Assembly (NCBI RefSeq): GCF_009914755.1 | Contig: NC_060933.1 | Reading direction: 5' to 3' (one strand) | DNA from: the human T2T-CHM13v2.0 reference genome, Homo sapiens | DNA length: 64,000 bases | Part shown: positions 43,801 through 55,909 of the stretch, piece by piece | Layout: each line of letters starts with the position of its first letter | Numbering within the stretch: the stretch's first letter is position 1 | The notes under the pieces: model-generated | The model's database searches: none | Seen by the model: the letters and a program-made list of their open reading frames with translations, nothing else | What the model was told of the DNA's origin: nothing | Position numbers and translations under genes: made by a program

Positions 43801-46329
43801 GGAAATGGGCTACAGTTGTGCCCTTCTTGGCATTAAGACCTCTTAGAATCTCAGAGACCACTAGAGGAAAAAGTAAAATAGTTCTAATGTTCTAAACTCT
43901 GACCTATTTGGGACTATTATATAATTATAAAGGTATTCATTGAATTTCGTCCTTTTTGGTAATTTTCAAGTCCTACTAATGACAACTTTCCTATCTTTAT
44001 TGGACATTGTGCTAATCAAGGGGCCATAGCTCTGTTAGCACATTTATTTATTTATAAGCAATCCATTTATTACTGGTCATTGATGAATATGACGAATATA
44101 ATCTAGCTGATGGACATTAAAAAAATCCAAAAAGGGAACAGCTGATAAATGTCTCCCTTCAACTGCTACAAAGTGTGCAACACTGTCACCAGAGCCCTCC
44201 TTTTGAAACTCACTGATGCATTTTACATTTGTCAAATTCATTATTTATGAGCAGTGAGCTATACAATAGAAGCGAGAGTCATCCACAGGGACACATCTGC
44301 CTGCCTTATATTTGACAGGGCTTATCTCCAAGGGAAGAGGGCTTCAGTTTTTTATCATGTCAGTTAAAAAATGTACTGATGTGTTTTTAGGCTGGAAACT
44401 TCTTCTTAAAGCATGAGATAATGACTTTGCTAAATCCTATTCAAAACAAAGACACACCCAAAAGCTATGAAAGCATAGAAACCACATTGCTATTTCTCAA
44501 ATGAAGGAGAAAGACTGCTGGACTAGATGAAAAGGGGCCTCTTGTTAAGGCTTCCCATGCAAATATGCCAGGATGCATTTTTCCTTCTCATATTTACTAA
44601 CACCACGAAGACATTGTGGTACGAACCAGTTTACCTTTTAGAAGCTGGATTCACAGATGGCAGTAACAGTAACTATAAATAGCCAAGAGCACTGAGAAAT
44701 CTTTTAAGGAAGGTCATCGTCACCCTACCGTATACTACTGCTTCAGCATGGGCAAAGGAGCAGAGAGTTAACCTTAGAGAAAGCTCTAACAGTAAATTCA
44801 GGGCACTAGCAGCTGGAAGGTAACTGGATTCAAAGCCCTGTTCCTACCCAGGTCTGGGAGCTCTTACTTGCTCCTTGTTGAAATTACCGTGCCCAGTCTG
44901 AGATTGTGACAGGCTTCAGAACTGCTACTGCTGAATTGGTGGTAGGAGGTCCCCTTCAGCTGAAGGAGGCTCAGGACCCCTGATACAGCCAAGAGGATGA
45001 GGCAGGTGCCTGAAGGAGACCTAGCAGATGGGCAAAGTGCTGGGGCAAGAGGACCTTGTAGGTCTATTTATTGGGTAATTTTAACAGTTCACTTTGATAA
45101 TGTCTCCTTGCCAGTTTGTTATAAAGGCTACAATACTTCATGTGAAAAACCTGAGCTCCAGTTTTGGTCATATTTGTTAAAGGACATTCCTCAAAGGGCA
45201 GCTGCTGGATAGCACCGTTGGGAGGACAAGGAGCTGCAAGAGATGAAACGTACACTTGCGGCGCCTGAAATAACATGAAGTCCAATCAGCCCCGTGAGTC
45301 GCTGTAGACTGATAAGGGCAGCCAGATTCCACAGCCATTTAAAGAGTCAACATGTTTTAGGGCTAAAAAACTTCATGGGCCCCAAAGTGTCAGCTCCTTG
45401 AGGGGTGACTGAGAAACCATGGCCGAAAAGTCCACCTCAGCAGCAAGTCCAGGAACCTACCACTGACCTTACCTGTTGAAAGAGACTTAGGGCCTCTGGG
45501 GTCTTTACTTCTGGGAGCCTCAACGGTTTATTGATATGTGTAGCTTCTACTATGGGAGAAAAACACAACAGCTCCTTTGCAGAAATATGGTACTTACAAT
45601 ATTATTAGCAATAATATTAGTGAATATTTATTGAACATTTTCTACACGCAAAGTCCCATGCATTATCCTATTAAGACCTTACAGCAACCTGAAGACCTAG
45701 GTTTCCTGAGGTTACAGGGGAGGAAACAAGGTTAACAGACTGAGGAGTAAAGAGGAAAGGCAAACAGAATCTACCTTTATATACTGGACTGGAAATTAAA
45801 TGTTACAGACATTGAATTATATTGGTCTGCTCATTTCTTAATTGTGAAACTACAAGGCTAGTTGTCATACTCTAATAATCATTTATTTTTTTCCTCCTTC
45901 TCTTCCTAGCCGGTGAGACTTTTATCTTTAAAAGACATACCATACATACATACACACATACATATACACACTCAACATTCACCATAAACACAAATTATTG
46001 AACCATCTCATCTGTCTTACCTTATTATGGGAGGTTTTTACCATTGGCACAAATCTTTTTAGTTTCAGCAGACCATGAGTCAAATTCCAAGTATTCAAGA
46101 CACAATGAGAAAGTAGCAAAGCCATGACTTGAAATCTCTTTATTTCATCCATGCAGGATTTCTTCTGCAGGGACCTCATGCTTTGGTGTCACAGAGAAGC
46201 AAAACCTTTTGCTTCTTCAAATTATCCTTTTACTTTTTCCCCCTCTCATGCTGTCTTTGAATATATTCATGTTTGTGTTTTATGCAAAGGTATGCATATA
46301 TGTGCCCAGAATACTCCTATCACAGATGT

Positions 46330-46590
46330 CTCTGGCATAGCAAAAAAAATGGAATGGAGCCAGAAAGACCTACTATGGACCTTTATAAGCTGTGACCTGT
46401 GCAACATTTGTAACCTCTCCGAGGCTCAGTTCCCTCATTGGGAAAACAGGCAAAAGGCTGTTTTGCCTGTCATGCTTTGGGGGTGGGCCCGGTGGTGGGG
46501 GGTAAGGCTGTTGTGAGAGGTAAGGTAGCAATGTAAAGCACCTAGTTAACCTACAGTGGAGAGAAAATGGTAGACATCATTATTACAGTA
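46330..46590 (+). mobile_element. MIR SINE
   Basis: AGCTGTGACCTGTGCAAC...TAACCTCTCCGAGGCTCAGTTCCCTCATTG. Confidence 0.65.
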
Positions 46591-47403
46591 ACTGTCTAAA
46601 ACAAAATCTAGATATGACAAAACCTGGTTAGCAAGGCAGGTGTAAGATTGGTCTCACCCTAGCAGTAAAACACATTTCATGTAGCATAAGATGTTCTATA
46701 AATCCCATTCAGAAATGAGTCTGTCCACAGTGGGCAATACATATCTGCCCATCTGCAGGTTGAAGCAATGTGGCCATGTCTCTTTAATGCTGACTGATGT
46801 TCAACTACATCACAGTGCCCTTGTCATGGGGCTCAGTTAATGCTGAATTCAATTATCTATGTAGATGGAAAGAGCAGAGTCATAGATAATAATTCTGAGA
46901 ACAAATACTTTCTAAATGATTCCTTCTTTTTTTTTTTTTTCCATAATAGCTACCTTACTGTATTACTTGGGTCTTGGCTGATGTTTGGTACTCTATAAGA
47001 ATACGTATCAATGGATGATGGGAAGAAATTCATGACTACTCTGACCTGGATATTATAGAAAGCTCTCCTGAGCCTGAATATTTGTTGCATAAAATTTGCA
47101 AGGTGAATAACTGGTGGTGGTCCACCACTCTCTAATGTATGGCACAATAATTATAAAATATTCATTCAATTTTAAGATATTTTCTGTGTGTGTATCAAGT
47201 CCCACCAGTTACGCATCTAGTCTGAATTAGCTCATTAGGTTAGGGTGAACATAGTGCTAAGGAAATCAGAAGATTCATTTTTTTTTTAAAGATCAATTAG
47301 CATCTTTCCTTTGGTGCTCCCAAAAACTCTGTGATAAGGAGACCACATAACTGTGAATACTGATGTGAAATGCCATCAGTACTGGTGGGTAAATACCATA
47401 AAG

Positions 47404-47688
47404 CAGCGGTCCTCAACCTTTTTGGCACCAAGGATCAGTTTTGTGGAAGACAATTTTTCCACAGCAGGGTTAGGGTTGGTTTCAGGATGAAACTGTTCCA
47501 CCTCAGATCGTCAGGCATTAGTTAGAGTCTCATAAGGAGTGAGCAATCTAGATCCCTCACATGTGCAGTTCACAATAGGGTCCGTGCTCCCATGAGAATC
47601 TAACACCGCCACTGACCTGACAGGAGGCTGAGATCAGGCAGTAATTCTCCATTACTGGCCACTCACCTCCTGCTGTGCGGCCTGATTC
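47404..47688 (+). mobile_element. MER1B (hAT-Charlie), 3'-truncated
   Basis: CAGCGGTCCTCAACCTTTTTGGCACCA...GTGGAAGACAATTTTTCCAC...CCACCTCAGATC...TCTCATAAGGAG. Confidence 0.85.
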
Positions 47689-47689
47689 A

Positions 47690-48290
47690 TGACTTCCACC
47701 AACAAATGTAATGTCTTTTCTACCGTAACTAAGCACTTACCATGCACTGTGGCCATAACTTTTGCAGTTTGAGAGGCAACAAGAAAATTAGCATAAATTT
47801 CTTTTTACTTCACAATTTCACAGGCAGAAGATTCATACCATAGATCTGAGCAACCTTAGCCTACAATTTTTTTCTTTCCTTAAGTCCTTATGTTCACCTT
47901 TTCACTTAAAGGAAGCACTTTATGGCTTCTCTTTGGCATATCTGAATTGCTGGCATCACTACTCTTGCACTTTGGAGCCATCATTAAGGAAAATAAGGGT
48001 TCCTTGAACACAAGCTCTGTGATACTGCAAAGGTTAACTGATAACCCAGATATCTACTAAATGAGCAATGGGCAGGTAGAGTCTATAGTGTGGGTATGCT
48101 GGACAAAGGGAAGGTTCTTGTCCCAGGTAGGACAGAGCAAGATTTCATCATGCTACTCAGAACAGTGTGCAATTTAAAACTTATGAATCATTTATTTCTG
48201 GAATTTTCCATTTAATATTTTCAGACCACAGTTGACCACAGGTGACTGAAACAGAGGAAATCAGAACCATAGATAAAGGGGGACTACTAT
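47690..48290 (-). mobile_element. MER44/Tigger7-type TcMar-Tigger relic
   Basis: TTCACCTTTTCACTTAAAGGAAGCACTTTA...GATAAAGGGGGACTACT terminus. Confidence 0.75.
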
Positions 48291-48382
48291 ATTGTGAAAT
48301 TCGTAATGCAATTGTCGCTTGTCTTGTTTCAACCAACATAGTCTAGTGCCTACTAGGTACAAAGGACTCCCTCCCCACCCCA

Positions 48383-48837
48383 GCAGTGTTCTCAGTGTTG
48401 TATGGATCCCTAAGGACCCTTTCAAAGGTACACAAAATCCTCCCCTTTCCAACCACATACTCATGTCAGCCCTGACATGAATCAAAACAATAAACCACAA
48501 TAGACTGAAAATGCAGAAGCGGATATGAGTCCAGTTGCCTTCTGTTAAACCAGACGTTAAAGAGATTTGTGAAGAGTAAAACAATATTACTCTCTTTACT
48601 CAAAAATTTTTTTGTTTTGGGAAATGTAGTTATTTTTCATAAAAAAAGTTATTTTGTTAGCATGTAATGGGCTTATTACTTTCTCAATTAATAAATATTT
48701 TTAAATTTTCCTAGTTTTAATTTCTAATATTGTTAGCTGTTGCTAGATATGACCCACATACACAAAAGATCAGGATTTTCAGTAATTTTTAAGAATATGA
48801 AGGGGTTCTGAAACCACAGAAAATTTGAGGAGCACTG
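48383..48837. mobile_element. hAT-Charlie relic (Charlie4-like)
   Basis: TIRs CAGTGTTCTCA / TGAGGAGCACTG; internal AATGCAGAAGCGGATATGAG...TTAAAGAGATTTG. Confidence 0.65.
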
Positions 48838-48964
48838 ACTGTTGTTCATCTGTCTTATTTAAATCTTACAGCATCCTAATTCCGTTTTCCTACTTTAATT
48901 GTCTTCATAGAACTTATCCTTATCTGACATTATGTCATATATTTATTTGCGTTTTATCTGTTTT

Positions 48965-49390
48965 CTCCATAAGCCAGTTATTTGCCTACTTGCTCTCAGA
49001 TCCGTTCTCTATCTTTCCTCAGCAAAACGTGTTTCCCAGGCTCCTTTGCCAAAGACAGTGGGAAGCATTGGCAGGAGACTGGAGGAGGGAAGCAGACAGC
49101 CAGGTATTTCTACCTCCCACCCTGCCCTTTCGGGTCAGGCAGTACTGCTATTCACCTTGGCTCCAAGGGACCTCCCCTCTTTGCCCCTGGCTCCTGAGCC
49201 CTGGTAACACCCTCTCTGACTTCCCTCATGCAAGCCTAAGGTGGCAGTGGCTTCCGGCTCTTGTTATAATATTATATTGTTGCTTTGCCAGCCCAGTTTG
49301 ACTTTGAGCTCTCTCAGCACTTTTGTGCTAGTTCTCCACGTTAGCTCCTTTCATTGCACCATCTGGCATGGGGCCTGTTTTCCTGACTGA
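48965..49390. mobile_element. ERVL LTR fragment (LTR33-like)
   Basis: GGAAGCATTGGCAGGAGACTGGAGG...CAGGTATTT...CCTAAGGTGGCAGTGGCTTCC...CCTGTTTTCCTGACTGA. Confidence 0.5.
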
Positions 49391-49552
49391 AATGTAAGTT
49401 CCATGAGGTCTGGGCCTGTCTCATCTGCTACCATAACCACAATGTCTCAAGTAAATAATTTTTTCAAAGTAACAGCCCTGTGGGATAAGTGTTAGTATCA
49501 TTATTTTATATATCTGAAAAATAAGGCTCAGGCAGAATTTGCTCGCCCCAGA

Positions 49553-49735
49553 CAAGTGGGTCTCAAACTCTAGCTTGAATCAGAATTACCTACAGAGCTT
49601 TAAAACACAGATTTCTGGGCCACTTCCAGAATTTTTGATTCACTAAATATAGGGTGAAGCCTATAACTGCATTTCTAATAAGTTCCCAAGGGATCCTGAT
49701 GCTGCTGGTCTAGGACCCACTTTGAGAACTACTGC
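49553..49735. mobile_element. MER5A
   Basis: AGTGGGTCTCAAACT...CTGCATTTCTAATAAGTTCCCA...TTTGAGAACTACTG. Confidence 0.8.
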
Positions 49736-50661
49736 CCTGCGTGACACAACTGAAAAGCAGCAGGGCCAGTCCTTATGTCTAGTCTTCCCACTGCATCTTG
49801 AAGCTTAAGGGTATTTGACACCAAGCTCAACAGTCAGGAACGTGCCACCAAATATACATCAACTCTCCCAATAGCTCACTCTGGGACTGTAGTCCAGATC
49901 TCTATTACATTATTCATCCTGTACTCTATTATTTGTAGTCTATACCACACTGAAAGTAACAAGTTTTTAAGTTTCCAAACATACATAAACGATTTCTTCC
50001 TTTCTTTTACTGGTCTATCACTGAACCTTCTCAAACTGCGAAAGGTATTCTTAAATATCAGGATTTAGTTGGGGAAAATACCCAACCATATTTGCCATCT
50101 TCCCTTTATGATTTTACAGCTTTTCACTTTTTCCCTCTTCCTGAAGAATTCAAGTTAGTCCAATCAGGAACCCCTACTTTTCAATTTCTTAATCATCTTA
50201 GAGACCATACCCTGGACCGTCTTCTATTCTCATACACCCACCTTGAGTTGCCCCAAGGGCTGGGCACTCTGATTTCAAGACTCACCATCAGGGTTTTGAT
50301 AAGAAGGTAACATTTTGGTTTGGTTTTAGCATACTTCCTGATCATGCCCCAATAGCTTTATTAGCCCTGGTAGTTGTTAGACTTCAGAAAACCAATGTAC
50401 ACATGCCTGGCCTTCTCCTTGGGCTGTCAATAATTATCCTTTCAGAACAGTGAAGAGCATGAATGGCATATGTATGATACACATTCTTTAGTCTTGCACC
50501 TATGCAGATATCATAATCAACCACAGCATGTTCTCTCTGAGCCCCATCTAAGAACATTATATGGCATAATATTTCAAGAGCACAAGGCCATGGCAGATGT
50601 TCTGCACCTCCTGTGACATTCCAGTAAATGGAAACCTCTGCCTTTGCAACCCCTGTCCTCT

Positions 50662-50889
50662 GGGAAAAGAAAGAAAGAGAGAGAGAGAAAGAAGAAGGAA
50701 AGAAGGAAGGAAGGAAGGAAAGAAGGAAGGAAAGAAAGAAAGAAAGAAAAAGAAAGAAAGAAAGAAAAAGAAAGGAGGGAGGGAGGGAAGGAAGGAAGGA
50801 AGGAAGGAAGGAAGGAAGGAGGGAGGGAGGGAGGGAAGGAAGGAAGGAAGAAAGGAAGGAAGGAAGAAAGGAAGGAAGGAAGGAAAAGA
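50662..50889. repeat. 228-nt pure homopurine (GAAG/GAAA/GGGA)n tract
   Basis: No pyrimidine on the + strand between T50661 and T50890. Confidence 0.97.
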
Positions 50890-51209
50890 TAAAATACCCC
50901 ACATCAACCTGCTTTCTTCCACCTCTTTAGATGTCATTTGTAAATGGAGCTGGGGTATTAGAAGGGAAGGCAGTAAATTTTTTCAAGTTAATCATAAAGA
51001 TATCTTCACAAGTACATCTGTACTTTAAATAGGTACATATATGAAAAAGTGGGCCTAAATTTTTCTACTTGAAAAGAAATACTTTATCCCAATTTAATCT
51101 TTATCATTTCCAGAAAACAGGGAATTATAGACACTACTTTCATCTTGTTTTTAAGTTATTATGTTTTTAGAGAGAGGAAAGGTTATAATTTCATCAAATG
51201 CAGCTTAAA

Positions 51210-51440
51210 AAACTCTGTAGCTTTGTAGTTAGGCAAGTCTGGATTCTAAACCTGGATCAACCACTTACTAGGAGGGTGACTTTGAAAGAAGAAATTTATC
51301 TCAGTTTCCTCATTTGAAAATAGGGATAATAATAATGATGGTTAACCAGGACTGCTGTGAGGATTAGAAAAAATATAATAAAAGACCTAGCATATTGCTT
51401 GGCCCAGAATAAGTAATAAATGCTAGTTAATATAATTATT
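51210..51440 (+). mobile_element. MIR SINE
   Basis: TCTCAGTTTCCTCATTTGAAAATAGGGATAATAATA core. Confidence 0.78.
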
Positions 51441-51739
51441 ACTGTATTTTAAGCTTTGGAATTACCACCTTATTTTAAAAGTGGAATGTATCACTCTTAG
51501 TTGGTATTCAAATTTTGATCAACTGATATTCTAATGGATGTAAAAAATTATTTCTTTTCTGAGATCACTGGAACTGTGACATGATCAATAGCGTCTCTCC
51601 ATTTTTTCTTCAGCTGGTAAATAAATGTGCAAAGGTACTGAAGGCAAAATTCTCCTATGTAATCAAGCAGTAAAAGCTGTAATAAATCAGAGGTTTTTCC
51701 TTTTTATATCACTTTGAAAAGGGAAATTATGCTAAAATT

Positions 51740-51960
51740 TTTTCAGCATTTAATTCTCTACCAGGAACATCCTAAGCACTTTATGTGCATTACGTCACTT
51801 AATTCTGATAACCTTACAAAGCAGGTATTATTATTTTTCCCACGTCACCTTCTAGATGGGGAGGTAGTCTCAGAGAAGTTCAGGGTTTGCCAAGCTTACA
51901 TAGGGAGAGCTTACGTAAGGAGAGGAGCAGATTTAAATCAGAACTGAAGATGAGCTCTGG
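51740..51960 (-). mobile_element. MIR SINE
   Basis: CTAAGCACTTTATGTGCATTAC...TAGATGGGGAGG...CTCAGAGAAGTT. Confidence 0.6.
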
Positions 51961-53209
51961 GACTTTACACTATTTCTGGAAAACAGAAAAAAGCCAGCAG
52001 CCATCCCATGTGCCTTGACAGCTACTGCCCACAGGTAGTTTCTAGCGACTCTGGTACCTCGTTGACACATTTGCTCACATTTCTCTTCAAAAACATGGGA
52101 AGACAAATGCCCCTGGCTGCAGGCTTTTTCTTTTCCACTTTGAGATGCCAAATATGGATGGCTTATCTGAGGGCCATAATAGGTAAGTCCGCAATATTTA
52201 GCAACTTCTTTTCTTCCTGTTAACTGTAGTAGAATTCCCAGGCTGGGTCAAGCAATCAAGGAGGTATTGAAGAGAGTGATCCACAAGTAATTCTCAGTGG
52301 TCCCCAGACACTGAGGCCCCACTGTGCTGTCACATCAGGCATTAGGGTAATCTTCAGCTGCACCAGAGACTAAGCAGGAGCCTCCCATTGCCGGCGGATT
52401 GTCAAGGGATATGATCCAGGGGGTGGGCAACACAATGAACACCTGACTCTTGGCTGCAGCTTCTCCCTTAATTCTTCGCTGCTCTCCAGTCCTGACGACC
52501 TGGGCTGGATGATGTAGAAACATCAAAAGCCTATTGCTGCTTTTGAATAATGGTTATTTCTTTTCCTGAGAAAGAACTAACAACTCTGGCTCCAGTCTCT
52601 GTGACGACGAATGTTTTAATCACAAAAGGCCTGAACTAAGGTTCAGTTAGACACATCACTAAGGAGATATTCACATAATAAAAGGACTCTTCGCCAAGTT
52701 TTGTTTAAATATTGAACTCTCAGAGAAATGAAGATGTTAGCCAAGTGACAAAAAATTCAACTGCCTCCCAATTTTTGGGAATACATCTTTTTTTTTTAAT
52801 ATGAACTATGTGGCATCCTTCAATTCATTTACACTTGCACTACAGTAGTAGTTCACCACGTGTCTACTTTATACCGAATGTTATGCTGGGTGCTGCATCC
52901 TGCAGCAGAAAGAAGATGGAACTGGCTTTGTGCAGGCCACTTGTGCTATGCCTGTGAAATGCCTTCTAAAGTTCTATTAGAGACTCCTTCCTGATTCTAG
53001 CTGTCAAGGCCAAGCAACGCCAATCTCATCCCATGAATGTCTACCTTTCCTTTCATTTGTTCCCCAAGCTATAGCAAAAGATGAAGGGAACATGGATGAT
53101 CAACTCCACAGCCAAATGCTTGAGATAATTATGGACTTTTGATCCTTAGTTCTTTCTAACCTTGATTTACCTGATGAGTCTATTGTATCACACTGAGGCT
53201 GTGATACTG

Positions 53210-53440
53210 AGGGAACTAACGTTTAAAGCTTACTGCTCTATGTCCTAGCATTGTGTCAGGGGCTTCACACGTAGCATGTTATTTTATATTCTTAACAATT
53301 CCATGAAGCAGGTACCTGTATATGCATTTTACAGATGAGAAGACAGGCTCAGAGAGACTAAAATTATGCTAGTAAAATCATCATCAGAATTCAAACTCAG
53401 GTCTAACAGAAACTAACACTTCTGTTCCTTTTAACTACTC
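53210..53440 (-). mobile_element. MIR SINE
   Basis: CATTTTACAGATGAGAAGACAGGCTCAGAGAG core. Confidence 0.78.
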
Positions 53441-54699
53441 CATCCCCTTCCCAAACTAGCTAGTCTTCCTAGAGCATCCCATTTATTAAGGGGAAAATAT
53501 GATTATGTGAAAGAAAATATGGACAGAATTATTCACTAGAATAGGAAATTAGCATGAATTTTTTTTTTTAAGATATAACACCCAAAGGTCCTGTCTGCAG
53601 AGACCTTTGCAGATAACACACGTCCTTATGCCTACAAAGGTTCATTGAAGGAAAAGCTTGTGAATCACTTTCCACACATGGGGGTGTAAGGCAGGCTAAT
53701 AATTTGGCCTTCTGGCAAAATGACATCATATAAGTATCTGCATACTCTCTATCTAGAGGCAAGGCAGGGCACTGGTGGGGAGGGCAGAAAGAAGCCCTCT
53801 GGTGTCAGGGCCCTGCTGATACACCCCTTAAAGCTTGGCACTTAGACAGCCTGCCTCTCCAAGCTCTACTGACCTCCACAGTACAGGCTTCGTTGACTAA
53901 GGAAGGATGCCATGGCTACAAATGACAAATGACGAATGGAATAAAAGCAGCAGATGCCCCCATCCCCACCCTATTATGGCCTTTGTTTATAATCTCTGGC
54001 TTCCACTGAATATCACATATCCCATTTCCCTTCCCAGCTGGTGCTGAGATGTAACAACTTGTCACCTGAGATACAGCCCATTAAAATTACATAGCACAGG
54101 TAATGGAGAATCCAGTGCAGGTCCGGACAGCAGGTAATTAGCTGTAACTTACAGAGCAGTCTTCAGGCCCTCTAAGGGCCTCCTGCCTTTACTCCCCTTC
54201 CTTTCTGCTTCTTTGCACACTGGAGGCCCTAAACAGAGGTATCTCTTGGGATTTGTTGAGCAGGGGTGGTTATTTAACACTGTTCTCATTAATTCAGCCA
54301 CCAAGTCATTGCAGTATTGGGTTCACAAGGTTGTGGTGGGGAACTGTGACCATCATAATAGACCATCAATTCTCCAGCAGCCAGTGGGGTGCAGGGAGTG
54401 GATTCAGCTGTCTCTGCATGTTTTCCAAGAATAGACAACTGAATAAACTTGGGTAGCATCAGAATCTACAGGAGGCAAGTTCTTTAAAGGAACAGAATCT
54501 TAGAGTTCCTACCAGTAAGGGCCCAGTAGAGTTTGCATCAGGTGCAGGGCCCTGGGTTTTTTCAAGTCCCTCTCTGTGGTGGTTTTGTCTCAAGGCATCC
54601 CTTCGAGAGGATTTAACATGTACTGCAACAGGCAGGGCAAGCCAAGAGTGATGTTGACTCTGGGGTAAGAACACCACAGACATGAGATGTTGGAGTCAT

Positions 54700-55275
54700 T
54701 GACAGCATGGGCTTTGGAGTTGAGACACCTTGGGTCTGAAACTCAGTTCTGCCTGTGTGACCCTGGCAAGTTACTTAATCCTTTTGAGTCTTAGTTTTCT
54801 CATCTGTGAAATGGAAATTATACTACCTGCCTTACAGGGTTATTTTACAGATTAAATGACATAATGCAGGTGTATTAGTCTGTTTTCATTCTGCTGATAA
54901 AGACATCCCCGAGTGGGTAACTTATAAAGAAAAAGAGGTTTAATGGACTTACAGTTCCACATGGCTGGGAAGGCCTCACAATCATGGTGGAAAGCAAAAG
55001 GCACGTCTTACTTGGCAGCAGACAAGAGAGAATGAGAACCAAGTGAAAGGGGTTTCCCCTTGTAAAACCATCAGATCTTGTGAGACTTATTCACTACCCA
55101 TGAGAACAGTATGGGGGAAAGTGGCCCCATGATTCAATTATCTCCCACTGGGTCCCTCCCACCATGCGTGGGAATTATGGGAGCTACAATTCAAGATGAG
55201 ATTTGGGGTGGGACACAGCCAAAACATGTCAGCAGATGAAGTGTTTAAGGTAGCAAGCATTCAGAAAATGGCAGC
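54700..55275 (+). mobile_element. MIR SINE split by a THE1 LTR
   Basis: TGTGTGACCCTGGCAAGTTACTTAATC...TCATCTGTGAAATGG; resumes after 55231. Confidence 0.75.
54871..55231 (-). mobile_element. THE1 (THE1B/C-like) MaLR solo LTR
   Basis: 361 bp, TG...CA termini, matches THE1 consensus (GGACACAGCCAAAACATGTCA end on +); 5-bp TSD GCAGG/GCAGA. Confidence 0.92.
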
Positions 55276-55909
55276 TTTATTCATATGCCTTCCCAACTGG
55301 TAAATTCTTAGGAAGCCAAACAGTTTACTAGATCCCACAGGTGGATTGAATTTCCAGAGTCTTGGAAAAACTTGCCAGTGCATGAGGCTATTATGGGGGC
55401 TCTGTTATTGCAGTGAGTACTCTGCAAACACTTTTCCCATCCTCTTGAAGGATCAAATGTAGGTAACCTTGCCCAACGTTATTTTAATGAGTAGCTTATC
55501 CCAGATGTGACTAATAGGCTATCTCCCCAATTCTCCTGCTAACCCATTCCTACCCTCTGCTGAGGTTAGCTGGTTTGACACTGGACATGAACAGGTTTAG
55601 TATTCAGTCTTCTGGAAATCAAGTGAGAAGACACTTCCTAGTAGATGTCTCTCTAGAGTTAGATGCTCATCTGTGAAGCCAGGAGCCTAAAGAAATACTG
55701 GAATTTTCCAAAGGCTCTGAGAGATGTCAACCTGAAGTATTTATAACCCTCATCACAGAGTGATTCAGCAATGAAGACTGATGATTTTTAAAAATCTTGT
55801 CAAGTCTTTTAAAGCACATTTTATTTTACTGAGGATACGGTTCAAAAATTGTCTAATAGTCTCCAAGAGTTTTGGTTGGCAGTTAAAAAGAAATGTATAC
55901 TGAGAGAGA

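Noticed and set aside
50384-51028. Several 80-170 aa ORFs on both strands (FLPS/EGRK repeats)
   Set aside because: Translations of the stop-free (GAAG)n microsatellite; low complexity, no coding signal.
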